Assembly: GCF_963975365.1 (NCBI RefSeq)
Contig: NZ_CAXBGF010000006.1
Span: 57,718-121,717, forward strand
Length of the DNA stretch: 64,000 nucleotides
Direction: 5' to 3'
Source of the DNA: an uncultured Maribacter sp.
GTDB taxonomy: Bacteria > Bacteroidota > Bacteroidia > Flavobacteriales > Flavobacteriaceae
In this document: one piece after another, positions 9,741-18,949 of the stretch
Position numbering within the stretch: the first letter of the stretch is position 1
Layout: each line of letters starts with the position of its first letter
Position numbers and translations under genes: made by a program
The notes under the pieces: model-generated
Seen by the model: only the letters and a program-made list of their open reading frames with translations
The model's database searches: none
Told to the model about the DNA's origin: nothing

Positions 9741-10590
9741 TTAATAGTGATCCGCAGTTATAACAATGGGTTGCATCATCTCTATGGCCCTCTTTACTAC
9801 ATGTAGGGCAACTTTTGGTGTTTACATGAACATACATACCCAGTTCTCCATCATTCGATTTGTCTTTGTTTTGCTTGGCAAATTCAGCAGTGACCATTCC
9901 TGTAGGCACAGCGATAATTCCGTATCCTAATAACATAATGATGGTGGCAATAGCTTGTCCTTGTGGTGTAATGGGGGCTATGTCTCCGTAGCCTACCGTG
10001 GTAAGAGTTACTATGGTCCAGTAAATACTAGTAGGTATGCTGGTAAAGCCAGCTTCATCACCTTCAATTAAATACATAAGGGTTCCCATCATCACTGAAG
10101 CAATTAGGACAGCGAAAAGAAAAACCGTGATTTTAGCTCTGCTAGCTTTTAATGCTCTTTTTAATTGTGAAGCCTCTCCTAAAAACCGAGCTAATTTTAA
10201 TATTCTAAATACTCGTAACAATCTAAAGGCACGAACAGCTAATAATACTTGTGATCCTGCAAAAATGTATGATATATAAAGAGGTATCGTCGATAAGAAG
10301 TCTATAATTCCATAAAAACTAAAAATATAGTGACTAGGTTTTTTAATACAAATAATTCGAGCGATATATTCAACTGTAAAGAAAACGGTAACTACCCATT
10401 CAAGCACAAATAATATTTCATGGTACTCTGCGTCAATTGATTTTACACTTTCGAGCATTATTAGAATTACGCTGAAAATGATGATTACGAATAAAATTAA
10501 ATCGAATAATTTACCCATGGGAGTATCTGCTTCATAAATAATTTCATGAAGTTTATTTTTCCACGGTGATAATTTGTCTTCCTCTTTCAA
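9733..10590 (-). CDS. Voltage-gated-type potassium channel (6TM) with C-terminal zinc-ribbon
   Basis: S4-like RAFRLLRVFRILKLARF, selectivity filter TTVGYGD, C-terminal CPTC-x12-CYNC. Putative TTG start directly after the upstream stop, so the start is uncertain. Confidence 0.8.
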   Translation of the reverse strand: MKEEDKLSPWKNKLHEIIYEADTPMGKLFDLILFVIIIFSVILIMLESVKSIDAEYHEILFVLEWVVTVFFTVEYIARIICIKKPSHYIFSFYGIIDFLSTIPLYISYIFAGSQVLLAVRAFRLLRVFRILKLARFLGEASQLKRALKASRAKITVFLFAVLIASVMMGTLMYLIEGDEAGFTSIPTSIYWTIVTLTTVGYGDIAPITPQGQAIATIIMLLGYGIIAVPTGMVTAEFAKQNKDKSNDGELGMYVHVNTKSCPTCSKEGHRDDATHCYNCGSLLNE

Positions 10591-10591
10591 C

Positions 10592-11962
10592 TTAAGCCTT
10601 TAATTCTACAATTTTATGAACTCTTTTTTTTCTAAGATAAGATTCTATTAGAAAATTAGCGTCTCGTGTACCGTTCAATGGGGTGATTAAGGTTTCCAAG
10701 ATATGATTATTATTTATTTGATAGTTAAGGTCGTAAAAACCAAAACCAACAAGCGAGCCATTTTTAATTAAAATTGCACTTTGTTCACCAATCTCACGCC
10801 CTTTGTCAATCAATAAGATATTTGCATCCTTACGAATACTATTTTTTGAAATTGCAGCTAATACACGGTCGTTATATTCTTTTTGGTCTTCCTTACTGAT
10901 ACAGGCACCTTTGCAAGTGCCATTTTCATATCCAGAACAATTATTTCTAGCTTCACTAATACCATTCACTTTCTCACATAACTCTAGATCTTTTGTAATT
11001 TTATATAAGTAATTTTTAGCACTGAATATTCCGTTGAATAGGGCTAAAGGTTCTTTACATTCGCGATATGCTTTAATTTCTAAAGCATAGTAACCATTTT
11101 TATTTTTGGTTTTACACAGTGTATGACTAAACATTCTCTTTCTAGGAATGGTGCTATATTTAGGTCTAAGCTTTAATAATTCTTCGTGTTCTTTAAGAAT
11201 TGCTACCAGCTCATTTCCTGTTAGCTCATAAGTTACTTTTTTAGTATCCTTAGCTAGTTTTCTAGATTTGTCACCACTTTTGGTAAAGAGTTGGTTTACC
11301 TTTTTCTTGATATCTGTGCTTTTACTAAGGTAGATAATATCACCATCTTTATTATGCATATAAAAGATACCAGTCTTGTTAGGTAATTCTCTAACAATAT
11401 CTAATTGTTTTTCAGAGAGCTCGCCTTGTGTTTCTTTTCTGATAGTATCCTTTATAATTATTTTTTCCGAATCTTTTGCCAGTAAAAACTTGAATAACTT
11501 TATTGTTGCCAATGCGTCTCCATTTGCTCTATGGCGATCACTTACAGGTATGCCTAATGATCTAACTAACTTGCCAAGGCTATATGATTCAGCATCAGGT
11601 AATAATAGTTTTGAAAGGTCAACGGTGCATAAGGTTTTACGTTCGAAATTATAGCCCAAACGTCTAAATTCTGTCCGTAATATCCGGTAATCGAATTGGG
11701 CATTGTGAGCAACTAAAACGGTGTCTTCGGTAATTTCAATAATTCGTTTGGCTACTTCGTAAAACTTAGGTGCAGTCTGCAACATTTTACTATTGATACC
11801 GGTGAGTTTCACTACAAAAGGTTGAATTTCCTTTTCAGGATTCACCAAACTGATAAATTTGTCAACTACTTTTTGACCATCAAACTTATGAATAGCAATT
11901 TCGGTGATACCTTCCTCATTAAATTTCCCTCCTGTGGTTTCAATATCTAAAATCGCGTACAT
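10592..11962 (-). CDS. DEDDh (DnaQ-like) 3'-5' exonuclease fused to a GIY-YIG nuclease domain
   Basis: Exo motifs (ILDIETTG; HNAQFDYRIL; HRANGDALAT) followed by a GIY-YIG-like segment (TGIFYMHNKDGDIIYLSKSTDIKKKV). Confidence 0.8.
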   Translation of the reverse strand: MYAILDIETTGGKFNEEGITEIAIHKFDGQKVVDKFISLVNPEKEIQPFVVKLTGINSKMLQTAPKFYEVAKRIIEITEDTVLVAHNAQFDYRILRTEFRRLGYNFERKTLCTVDLSKLLLPDAESYSLGKLVRSLGIPVSDRHRANGDALATIKLFKFLLAKDSEKIIIKDTIRKETQGELSEKQLDIVRELPNKTGIFYMHNKDGDIIYLSKSTDIKKKVNQLFTKSGDKSRKLAKDTKKVTYELTGNELVAILKEHEELLKLRPKYSTIPRKRMFSHTLCKTKNKNGYYALEIKAYRECKEPLALFNGIFSAKNYLYKITKDLELCEKVNGISEARNNCSGYENGTCKGACISKEDQKEYNDRVLAAISKNSIRKDANILLIDKGREIGEQSAILIKNGSLVGFGFYDLNYQINNNHILETLITPLNGTRDANFLIESYLRKKRVHKIVELKA

Positions 11963-12004
11963 CTAGTAAAATCTGATTTATTTAAATAGTGGAAATCGTT
12001 TGGT

Positions 12005-12658
12005 TCAATTTCGCGTTCCAAAGATACTACTTCCAATACGTACCATAGTACTTCCTTCTTCTATGGCAATTTTATAATCCCCACTCATACCCATAGATAA
12101 TGTTGTAAAATTTGGATAGTTGTTTTTTAATTTAGTGAATAATGATTTTAGGCTTTTGAATTCCCTTCTAACCTGATTCATATTATCTGTAAAAGTAGCC
12201 ATACCCATTAAACCTACAATCTTTACGTGTTCATAGGTCTTAAATTCTTCATTATGTAGCAACGCAAGTAGCTCCTTTTCATCAAAACCAAACTTTGTGT
12301 CTTCCTCAGCTATATGAACTTGCAAAAGACAAGAAATGGTTCTATTGCATTTTTCAGCTTGCTTATTTATTTCAGCCAATAATTTTGGACTATCGACGCC
12401 ATGTATCAAAGAAACATATTCAGCCATATATTTGACCTTATTCCTTTGAAGATGACCAATCATATGCCATTCGATATCTTTTGGCATATTTTGCCATTTT
12501 TCTGTCATTTCTTGAACCCTATTTTCGCCAAAAATGCGTTGACCTTCATCATATACTTGTTGAAGGTCCGATATCGGTTTAGTTTTTGAAACGGCAACCA
12601 GCGTTACAGATTCTGGCAGTGTACTTAATATGGAGGAAAGATTTTCCTTTATGGACAT
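12005..12658 (-). CDS. YggS-family pyridoxal-phosphate homeostasis protein
   Basis: 217 aa. LVAVSKTKP (PLP lysine), HMIGHLQRNK and a C-terminal VRIGSSIFG. Confidence 0.9.
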   Translation of the reverse strand: MSIKENLSSILSTLPESVTLVAVSKTKPISDLQQVYDEGQRIFGENRVQEMTEKWQNMPKDIEWHMIGHLQRNKVKYMAEYVSLIHGVDSPKLLAEINKQAEKCNRTISCLLQVHIAEEDTKFGFDEKELLALLHNEEFKTYEHVKIVGLMGMATFTDNMNQVRREFKSLKSLFTKLKNNYPNFTTLSMGMSGDYKIAIEEGSTMVRIGSSIFGTRN

Positions 12659-12682
12659 AGTATATTCTGTTATGGAAAAATT

Positions 12683-13573
12683 TTAATTTTCGAATTGACT
12701 TGATATTTTTTCTGCTTTTCTACTTTCGGAATAATCATAAAAACCTTCTCCAGATTTCAGACCTTTTTTACCGGCCATCACCATATTGACCAAAAGGGGC
12801 GAAGGTGCATATTTTGCATTTTTGAAACCGTCATGCATCACATTTAAAATAGAAAGACAAACATCTAGACCTATGAAATCTGCCAATTGTAATGGTCCCA
12901 TAGGGTGAGCCATACCCAATTTCATAACGGTATCTATTTCTATAACACCGGCAACCCCATGATGCAAGGTTTCTATCGCCTCATTAATCATAGGCATTAA
13001 AATTCTATTAGCAACAAAACCTGGATAATCATTGACCTCGGTAGGAGTTTTTCCTAATTTTTCGGAAAGCTCCATTATTGTTTTGGTCGTTGTGTTTGAA
13101 GTACTGTAACCACGTATAATTTCAACCAAGGTCATTATGGGAACAGGATTCATAAAATGCATACCAATAACTTTATCTGGTCTGTTGGTAGCTGCTGCAA
13201 TTTGCGTTATAGATATTGAGGACGTATTGGAGGCTAAAATTGTATTTGAATCACATATGGCGTCCAAATCTTTAAAAATATTTAGTTTAACGGCTAAATC
13301 TTCAGTGGCAGCTTCAATAACTAAATTTGTTCCAGAAATTCCTGATTTTAAATCTGTAAACTGCATTATGTTTGCGAGTGTATTATCTCTGTCTGAAGTT
13401 GAAATTTTATCCTTAGCCAACATTCGATCCAAATTATTGGCTATGTTGGCAAGTCCCTTAACAAGAGCATCTTTAGCAACATCTATTAAGTGTACTTGAA
13501 ATCCGTTTTGGGCGAAAACATGGGCAATACCATTACCCATAGTGCCAGCACCTATTACAGCAATTTTTTTCAT
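12683..13573 (-). CDS. 3-hydroxybutyryl-CoA / 3-hydroxyacyl-CoA dehydrogenase
   Basis: GAGTMGNGIA Rossmann motif, NTSS, HFMNPVP and a C-terminal domain (GPLQLADFIGLD). Confidence 0.85.
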   Translation of the reverse strand: MKKIAVIGAGTMGNGIAHVFAQNGFQVHLIDVAKDALVKGLANIANNLDRMLAKDKISTSDRDNTLANIMQFTDLKSGISGTNLVIEAATEDLAVKLNIFKDLDAICDSNTILASNTSSISITQIAAATNRPDKVIGMHFMNPVPIMTLVEIIRGYSTSNTTTKTIMELSEKLGKTPTEVNDYPGFVANRILMPMINEAIETLHHGVAGVIEIDTVMKLGMAHPMGPLQLADFIGLDVCLSILNVMHDGFKNAKYAPSPLLVNMVMAGKKGLKSGEGFYDYSESRKAEKISSQFEN

Positions 13574-14562
13574 ATTTTCTTTGGATTAAATGCAGCGATA
13601 ATTTGTAAAGCTACTTTTAGGGCTTGAGTACCTTGTTTTAAGCTTACAATTGGTGTGGTATTATTATTTATGGCTTCTGCAAATGATTCAAGTTCATCTA
13701 ATATGGCGTTATTGGTTTCAATCGACGGATTTTCAAAATATATCTGCTTTTTGATACCTTCTGCATTCTGCAGAATCATGTCAAAATCACCAGGTTCTTT
13801 TGGTGCATCTTTCATTTTAACGACTTCTACTTTCTTCTCTAAAAAATCAACAGAGATGTAAGCATCTTTTTGAAAGAAACGAGATTTTCTCATGTTTTTC
13901 AATGAAATTCTACTTGCTGTTAAATTGGCGACACAACCATTTTCAAATTCTAATCTAGCATTTGCAATATCTGGCGATTGGCTAATTACAGATACTCCGC
14001 TTGCATTTATTTGTTTTATCTCAGAATTGACTACACTTAAAATTGCATCGATATCATGAATCATTAAATCTAATACCACAGGCACATCGGTGCCTCTTGG
14101 ATTAAACTCCGCTAAACGATGACTTTCAATAAACATAGGTTGTTTTATAGCATTCTTTACTGCAGTAAATGCAGGATTAAAACGTTCAACATGACCAACC
14201 TGACCTTTTACACCGTGTTTAGCCTCTAAGGCTAAAAGTGAATTAGCTTCTTCTAAAGTATGGGTAATAGGTTTTTCAATGAAAATATGCTTTCCTTTTT
14301 CAATAGATTTTTTCGCACATTCAAAATGTGACAGTGTAGGGGTAACTATGTCTATAACATCTACTGCGTCTATAAGATTATCAAGATTATTAAAATAAGT
14401 ATAGCCAAAATCGGCACTTACCTTTTCTCCATTAGAGCTATCTGCATCATAAAACCCAATGAGTTCATATTTTTTAGATTCATTTAGAAGTCTGAGGTGG
14501 ATTTTACCAAGATGTCCAGCTCCTAAAACACCAACTTTTAGCATTTGTTTTGTTTTCTTCAA
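13570..14562 (-). CDS. Gfo/Idh/MocA family oxidoreductase
   Basis: N-terminal Rossmann motif (VGVLGAGHLGKIH) and EKP motif (IFIEKPIT). Overlaps the downstream gene by 4 nt. Confidence 0.85.
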   Translation of the reverse strand: MKKTKQMLKVGVLGAGHLGKIHLRLLNESKKYELIGFYDADSSNGEKVSADFGYTYFNNLDNLIDAVDVIDIVTPTLSHFECAKKSIEKGKHIFIEKPITHTLEEANSLLALEAKHGVKGQVGHVERFNPAFTAVKNAIKQPMFIESHRLAEFNPRGTDVPVVLDLMIHDIDAILSVVNSEIKQINASGVSVISQSPDIANARLEFENGCVANLTASRISLKNMRKSRFFQKDAYISVDFLEKKVEVVKMKDAPKEPGDFDMILQNAEGIKKQIYFENPSIETNNAILDELESFAEAINNNTTPIVSLKQGTQALKVALQIIAAFNPKKI

Positions 14563-14691
14563 AAATACACATAGTTGGATAGTTTTATCCTATAGGCTAT
14601 TTCAATTTTATAATTTATTGACTTAAGTTTTAAACAGGTTCTTCCATCGTTGAAAGATCTTTGCTAACTTTGAAAGTCAAACCAACTACCA

Positions 14692-15333
14692 TTGAAAGAT
14701 ACCTTTAAGCATAGAGGCATGCGCAATCATTTAGCGCAATTACTAGAAGAAAAGGGGATAGCGGATAAAAAGGTACTCGATGCTGTTCGTGAAATTCCAC
14801 GTCATTTGTTTATGGATAGTAGCTTTGAGGGCCATGCTTATCAAAACAAAGCATTTCCTATAGCCGCTAATCAAACTATATCGCATCCATTTACGGTTGC
14901 CTTTCAGACTGAATTGCTACAACTAGAAGATGGTCAAAAAGTATTGGAGATAGGTACAGGTAGTGGTTACCAAACTGCCATTCTTTTAAAGTTGAAAGTC
15001 AAGGTTTATACCATAGAAAGACAGCTTGAGCTTTTTAAGAAGACCAATATATTTTTTAAGAAAATGGGTTACCGACCTAAGAAAATTATTTTTGGAGATG
15101 GTTACAAGGGGTTACCGGAACAGGCACCATTTGACCGTATCATTGTAACTGCAGGTGCTCCTGAAGTGCCGAAGGCATTACTTTCACAGTTAAAAGTAGG
15201 AGGTAGGTTAGTAATTCCTATAGGCTTTGAAGAGCAGATAATGACTTTGTTTGTACGAACTACTGAAAAGGAATTTTCTAAGTCTGAATATGGCTCGTTT
15301 CGATTTGTTCCTCTATTAGAGAATAAGAACTAA
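14692..15333 (+). CDS. pcm: Protein-L-isoaspartate O-methyltransferase
   Basis: 213 aa. ISHPFTVA and SAM-binding VLEIGTGSGYQTA. TTG start. Confidence 0.9.
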   Translation: MKDTFKHRGMRNHLAQLLEEKGIADKKVLDAVREIPRHLFMDSSFEGHAYQNKAFPIAANQTISHPFTVAFQTELLQLEDGQKVLEIGTGSGYQTAILLKLKVKVYTIERQLELFKKTNIFFKKMGYRPKKIIFGDGYKGLPEQAPFDRIIVTAGAPEVPKALLSQLKVGGRLVIPIGFEEQIMTLFVRTTEKEFSKSEYGSFRFVPLLENKN

Positions 15334-15795
15334 CTAGTTGTTGAAACTCTTTTTTACACGAGCAAGGTCACGCTTATTGTCACGATCTTTAATAGAATCT
15401 CTTTTATCGTAAAGCTTTTTACCTTTTGCTAAAGCTATTTGCATTTTAGCAAGACCTCTATCATTTAAAAATACACGAAGAGGTACAATCGTTAAGCCTG
15501 AAGTTTTTACTTCCTTACTCAACTTTTTAAGTTCTCTTTTTTGTAGAAGTAATTTTCGTTCAGCTTTTGGTTTGTGGTTAAAATGAGATGCATGCGAGTA
15601 TTCGTCAATTTGCATATTGATTACGAAAAGCTCATCTCTATCATTAAACTCACAAAAACTCTCTGTAATAGATGCACGACCTTCTCGTATGGCTTTAATT
15701 TCAGTACCGGCTAAAACTATACCAGCTGTAAATTTATCCATCAACTCATATTCAAAATGAGCTTTCTTGTTCTTTATGTTAATCGTGTTTTGCAT
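15334..15795 (-). CDS. smpB: SsrA-binding protein SmpB
   Basis: NKKAHFEYEL...GTEIKAIREG...LLLQKRELKKL. I prefer the internal ATG (MQNTINIKNKKA) over the longer ORF-track start at 15816. Confidence 0.9.
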   Translation of the reverse strand: MQNTINIKNKKAHFEYELMDKFTAGIVLAGTEIKAIREGRASITESFCEFNDRDELFVINMQIDEYSHASHFNHKPKAERKLLLQKRELKKLSKEVKTSGLTIVPLRVFLNDRGLAKMQIALAKGKKLYDKRDSIKDRDNKRDLARVKKSFNN

Positions 15796-15885
15796 TGATG
15801 ACAAAAGTAAGAACAATTCAATGAATGTCTTAAACTTTTAAAACTATTTGCAAATGATGTCGATGGGTTTAAGCTTTAGAGAATA

Positions 15886-16428
15886 TTAATCTGGGCAATT
15901 ACAGTTGAAAATAAGTTTATTAACTGTAGGTTTTTCATTTACAATTTGTACAATAAATAAAATTCCATTTTCGTTATCATCGATATCAGAATAACGATCT
16001 TCATTAATCAGTTTATTCACGAATTCTGGAGTCGTATTGCTATGTCCAACTATTAACACATTTTTATTGAGATTGTCTGTTTTAAATTGTGTAATGTCTA
16101 GAGTACCTGGGTCGTAATACTGTAAATCAATATTTTTCTTTATCGATGTTGGTGCTGCAGTCATAGAAGTTCTATTGTAATCGGTAGAATAAATGGCATC
16201 TAAATCAACATCAGCAAGAATTTCAGCCCAATGCATTGCTCTACCTAATCCTTTTTGATTAAGTTCAGGGTCAGCATCATCAAGATTACTTCTATCCTTT
16301 TCTGCATGTCTAATTAAGTAAAATGTTGAAACAGATGTTTGATTTTGCGATGTATCTATAACAACCTCATCTTTACAAGAAAGACTAATAAATAGGCATG
16401 TGAAAAGAATATATTTTATGGCTTTCAT
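15886..16428 (-). CDS. Histidine phosphatase (phosphoglycerate mutase-like) family lipoprotein
   Basis: Lipoprotein signal (LFISLSC), catalytic RHAEK motif and a later GHSNT motif. Confidence 0.75.
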   Translation of the reverse strand: MKAIKYILFTCLFISLSCKDEVVIDTSQNQTSVSTFYLIRHAEKDRSNLDDADPELNQKGLGRAMHWAEILADVDLDAIYSTDYNRTSMTAAPTSIKKNIDLQYYDPGTLDITQFKTDNLNKNVLIVGHSNTTPEFVNKLINEDRYSDIDDNENGILFIVQIVNEKPTVNKLIFNCNCPD

Positions 16429-16512
16429 GAAAATTTGTTTGAGGTATTAATTTAATAACTAAAATTACTTCAAAATAGTACTATAGATAGTGTATTTTTT
16501 GTTTTTTTGCAT

Positions 16513-18189
16513 ATGAAAAAGTTTTGTGGGGCACTTCTTATTGGTTTTGTAGTTCTAGGTCTTAAGGCTCAAGAGGTTGTGTTGCCTACTGATTTCAGGC
16601 AACTAAATCTTACAGAGTATAATGGGAGTATCGTAAACCCTGCATATAGTTTATATCGCAATAATCCATCATCTGTTGCTTTATGGGCAAGATGGCAATG
16701 GCAAACATACGATGCGGACCCAACTTCATTATTTTTAAATTATACGGCTCGATTAAATGAGGTTTCTTCTGCCGGGGCTGGTTTTTTTCAGCATAATACC
16801 GGTATTTTTTTAAATACTGGGGCTGCGATAAACTATGCATATAATATTGAATTAAGTGAAAAAGTATTTTTAGGTGTCGGACTAAACTTATTTGCTTTTC
16901 AACAAAAGCTTGCTGACGAACGTTTTTTTGTTCCAAACCCGATACAAACTTCTATTCCTAATGATTTTATTGTTCAAATGGCACCTGGTATAAATTTGAA
17001 TGTAGACAGATTTAATATTGGTTTGGTTTCGGAAAATTTATTTGATTATAATTTCAGTACGAATGAGCGAAATTCTAGTCCTGATGAACGTATGTTTTTG
17101 GCATTGGCTAGCTATGATTTTCCAATATCTATTTTAAGTACAGATTACAGTTCCATTTTAAGACCTTCAATATATTATAAAACAATTCCTGGATTGGATA
17201 ATCAAGTAGGATTGACATCATTGCTAACTACTAATAAATATTGGTTACAAGCCGGTTATAATAGTTTTTACGGATTTTCAGGCGGAGCAGGTGGTCGTTT
17301 CTTTAAGCGATTATCTATAGGAGCATTAATTGAAGTGGGTACGAGTTCTGACTTAAAGGGGCAAGATCCATCTTTTGAATTAGTAACCGCATACAAATTA
17401 GGAGCAATAGAGACTCCTGAAGAAAAGCTCCAAGAACAATTAATAGCAGAAGAGGAAAAAATAAAGGAAGAAAGCTTAATTGCTAAACCAGACGTAGAGG
17501 AAGGTGTGGTATCGAAAGAATTAAGTAAAGAAGAGCAGTTAGCTATAAAACGTGAGGCTAAAAAACAACAGCGTTTAGCGCTGATAGAATCAAAAAGGAT
17601 AAATGATTCTATAGTTGATGCTTCAAGGCAAACAGACCTTGCTGTTAAAGAATCTAAGAGAGATATTAGAAGAAAGCGTGATTCTATTGCTGATGCAAAA
17701 GCAGAGCAAGCTTTAGCAGCTTCAAGAGCTTTACAACAACGAAGACAACAAGATTCAATAGCAGCAGTAATTAAGAAGGAAGCAGAGGCAGTTGCACTTG
17801 TTCAAAAACAAAGGCAAGATTCTATTGCTCAGAGTAAGGTACTCTTGGCTGAAGCTGAGAAACAGAAAGCAGAATTTACTGCAAGAAACGAGGTGGTTAA
17901 ACCTAAAGCTGGAGAAAAGTATGAAGAGGTTACGAAAGAAGGATCTTTAACACCGGGGTATTACTTGATTGCCAATGTCTTTGGAACCAAGAAGTACTTA
18001 GATGCTTTTTTGGTTGATATGAAGAAAAAAGGTATTGACGCAAAATCTTTCTATAGAGAATTGAATAAATACAACTATGTATATCTGGCTAAATACAGTT
18101 CGATAAAAGAGGCAAGAGAAGCCCGAGATTCTAACCTAGGTGGCAAATACAAAGAGAAGATTTGGATATTTAGAGTAACTGGTGAGTAA
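16513..18189 (+). CDS. PorP/SprF-family T9SS membrane protein fused to a charged coiled-coil region and a C-terminal SPOR-like domain
   Basis: Signal peptide (MKKFCGALLIGFVVLGLKAQ). About 300 aa of beta-barrel-like PorP/SprF sequence (YNGSIVNPAY...ALWARWQW). About 170 aa rich in E/K/Q/A with four DSI(A/V) repeats. C-terminal GYYLIANVFGTKKYLDAF...YVYLAKYSSIKEAREARD resembles SPOR. Confidence 0.7.
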   Translation: MKKFCGALLIGFVVLGLKAQEVVLPTDFRQLNLTEYNGSIVNPAYSLYRNNPSSVALWARWQWQTYDADPTSLFLNYTARLNEVSSAGAGFFQHNTGIFLNTGAAINYAYNIELSEKVFLGVGLNLFAFQQKLADERFFVPNPIQTSIPNDFIVQMAPGINLNVDRFNIGLVSENLFDYNFSTNERNSSPDERMFLALASYDFPISILSTDYSSILRPSIYYKTIPGLDNQVGLTSLLTTNKYWLQAGYNSFYGFSGGAGGRFFKRLSIGALIEVGTSSDLKGQDPSFELVTAYKLGAIETPEEKLQEQLIAEEEKIKEESLIAKPDVEEGVVSKELSKEEQLAIKREAKKQQRLALIESKRINDSIVDASRQTDLAVKESKRDIRRKRDSIADAKAEQALAASRALQQRRQQDSIAAVIKKEAEAVALVQKQRQDSIAQSKVLLAEAEKQKAEFTARNEVVKPKAGEKYEEVTKEGSLTPGYYLIANVFGTKKYLDAFLVDMKKKGIDAKSFYRELNKYNYVYLAKYSSIKEAREARDSNLGGKYKEKIWIFRVTGE

Positions 18190-18245
18190 TTGAATACACA
18201 CAATTATTTTATTAGTATTCTGTAGTTAAATAGCTGGTTATCCGT

Positions 18246-18839
18246 TTATTTAAGTTCTCTTTTAATAAGAACATCTAAATAGGTAACCGTATTTAAAAGG
18301 TATTTACGGTCTTTAGTGAGGGTGGCCATGGCAATAGAACCTTGTAGAATTGTAAATAATTGTTTCGAGAATTGTAATGGAGTAACCGGAAGTTTAAATT
18401 CTCCGTTATTAATTCCACTTTCAAATACCAAGGCTATTTTACCTTCAATTTCTTTAATTGTTTCTTTAACCGCTGCTGCCAACAAGCGATTGTTATGTTG
18501 GGCATCTATGCCTACATTCAAAATAGGACAACCGCCCATGTTCATCGTAAATATGTCGTATTTTTTATAAAATTCAATAAGATTTTCAATCTTATCCATA
18601 GCTTTTCCTTCTATTGAAAAATGTTCGTCAATAGCTCTAAGTAATAGGTTACGATTATATTCGAATGCAGCTAAAGCAAGAGCTTCTTTGTTTTCGAAAT
18701 TACCATAAAGCGCACCTTTAGTTAAATTGGTCGCTTCTGTTAAATCGCTCATGCTTGTGCCAACATAGCCATGCTTGTTAAAAACTGGGGCAACAGTCTC
18801 AATAATATAAGCGGTAGTTCTTTCGGCTTTAGTTGACAT
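18246..18839 (-). CDS. TetR/AcrR family transcriptional regulator
   Basis: N-terminal HTH (FNKHGYVGTSMSDLTEATNLTKGALYGNFENKEAL). Confidence 0.9.
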   Translation of the reverse strand: MSTKAERTTAYIIETVAPVFNKHGYVGTSMSDLTEATNLTKGALYGNFENKEALALAAFEYNRNLLLRAIDEHFSIEGKAMDKIENLIEFYKKYDIFTMNMGGCPILNVGIDAQHNNRLLAAAVKETIKEIEGKIALVFESGINNGEFKLPVTPLQFSKQLFTILQGSIAMATLTKDRKYLLNTVTYLDVLIKRELK

Positions 18840-18899
18840 GTAGGACTGTTTTATGCGAATATAAAAAATCTATACTGCATGGTATATATTGTTGACAAA

Positions 18900-18935
18900 A
18901 AAAAGCGTCCTTATTAAAAATAAGAACGCTTTTTC
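18900..18935 (-). terminator. Rho-independent terminator downstream of clpB
   Basis: On the minus strand, AGCGTTCTTATT-tttaa-AATAAGGACGCT (one mismatch) followed by a T-run, about 15 nt past the clpB stop. Confidence 0.6.
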
Positions 18936-18949
18936 ACATTTTTAAGATA

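Noticed and set aside
15796-15816. N-terminal extensions offered by the ORF track. Cases: smpB 15816, glyA 23532, lipoprotein 23427, thioesterase 31705, TlpA 42282, ThuA 52765 and the LexA-like gene 59149.
   Set aside because: Internal ATGs give canonical N-termini (signal peptides or conserved family starts). In several cases the extension would contain the predicted -7 promoter box or overlap the upstream gene.
17400-17920. Tandem DNA repeat / VNTR in the PorP/SprF-SPOR gene
   Set aside because: The four DSI(A/V)-centred units are diverged at the nucleotide level and irregularly spaced (66-76 nt). They are protein-level coiled-coil repeats, not a clean DNA tandem repeat.
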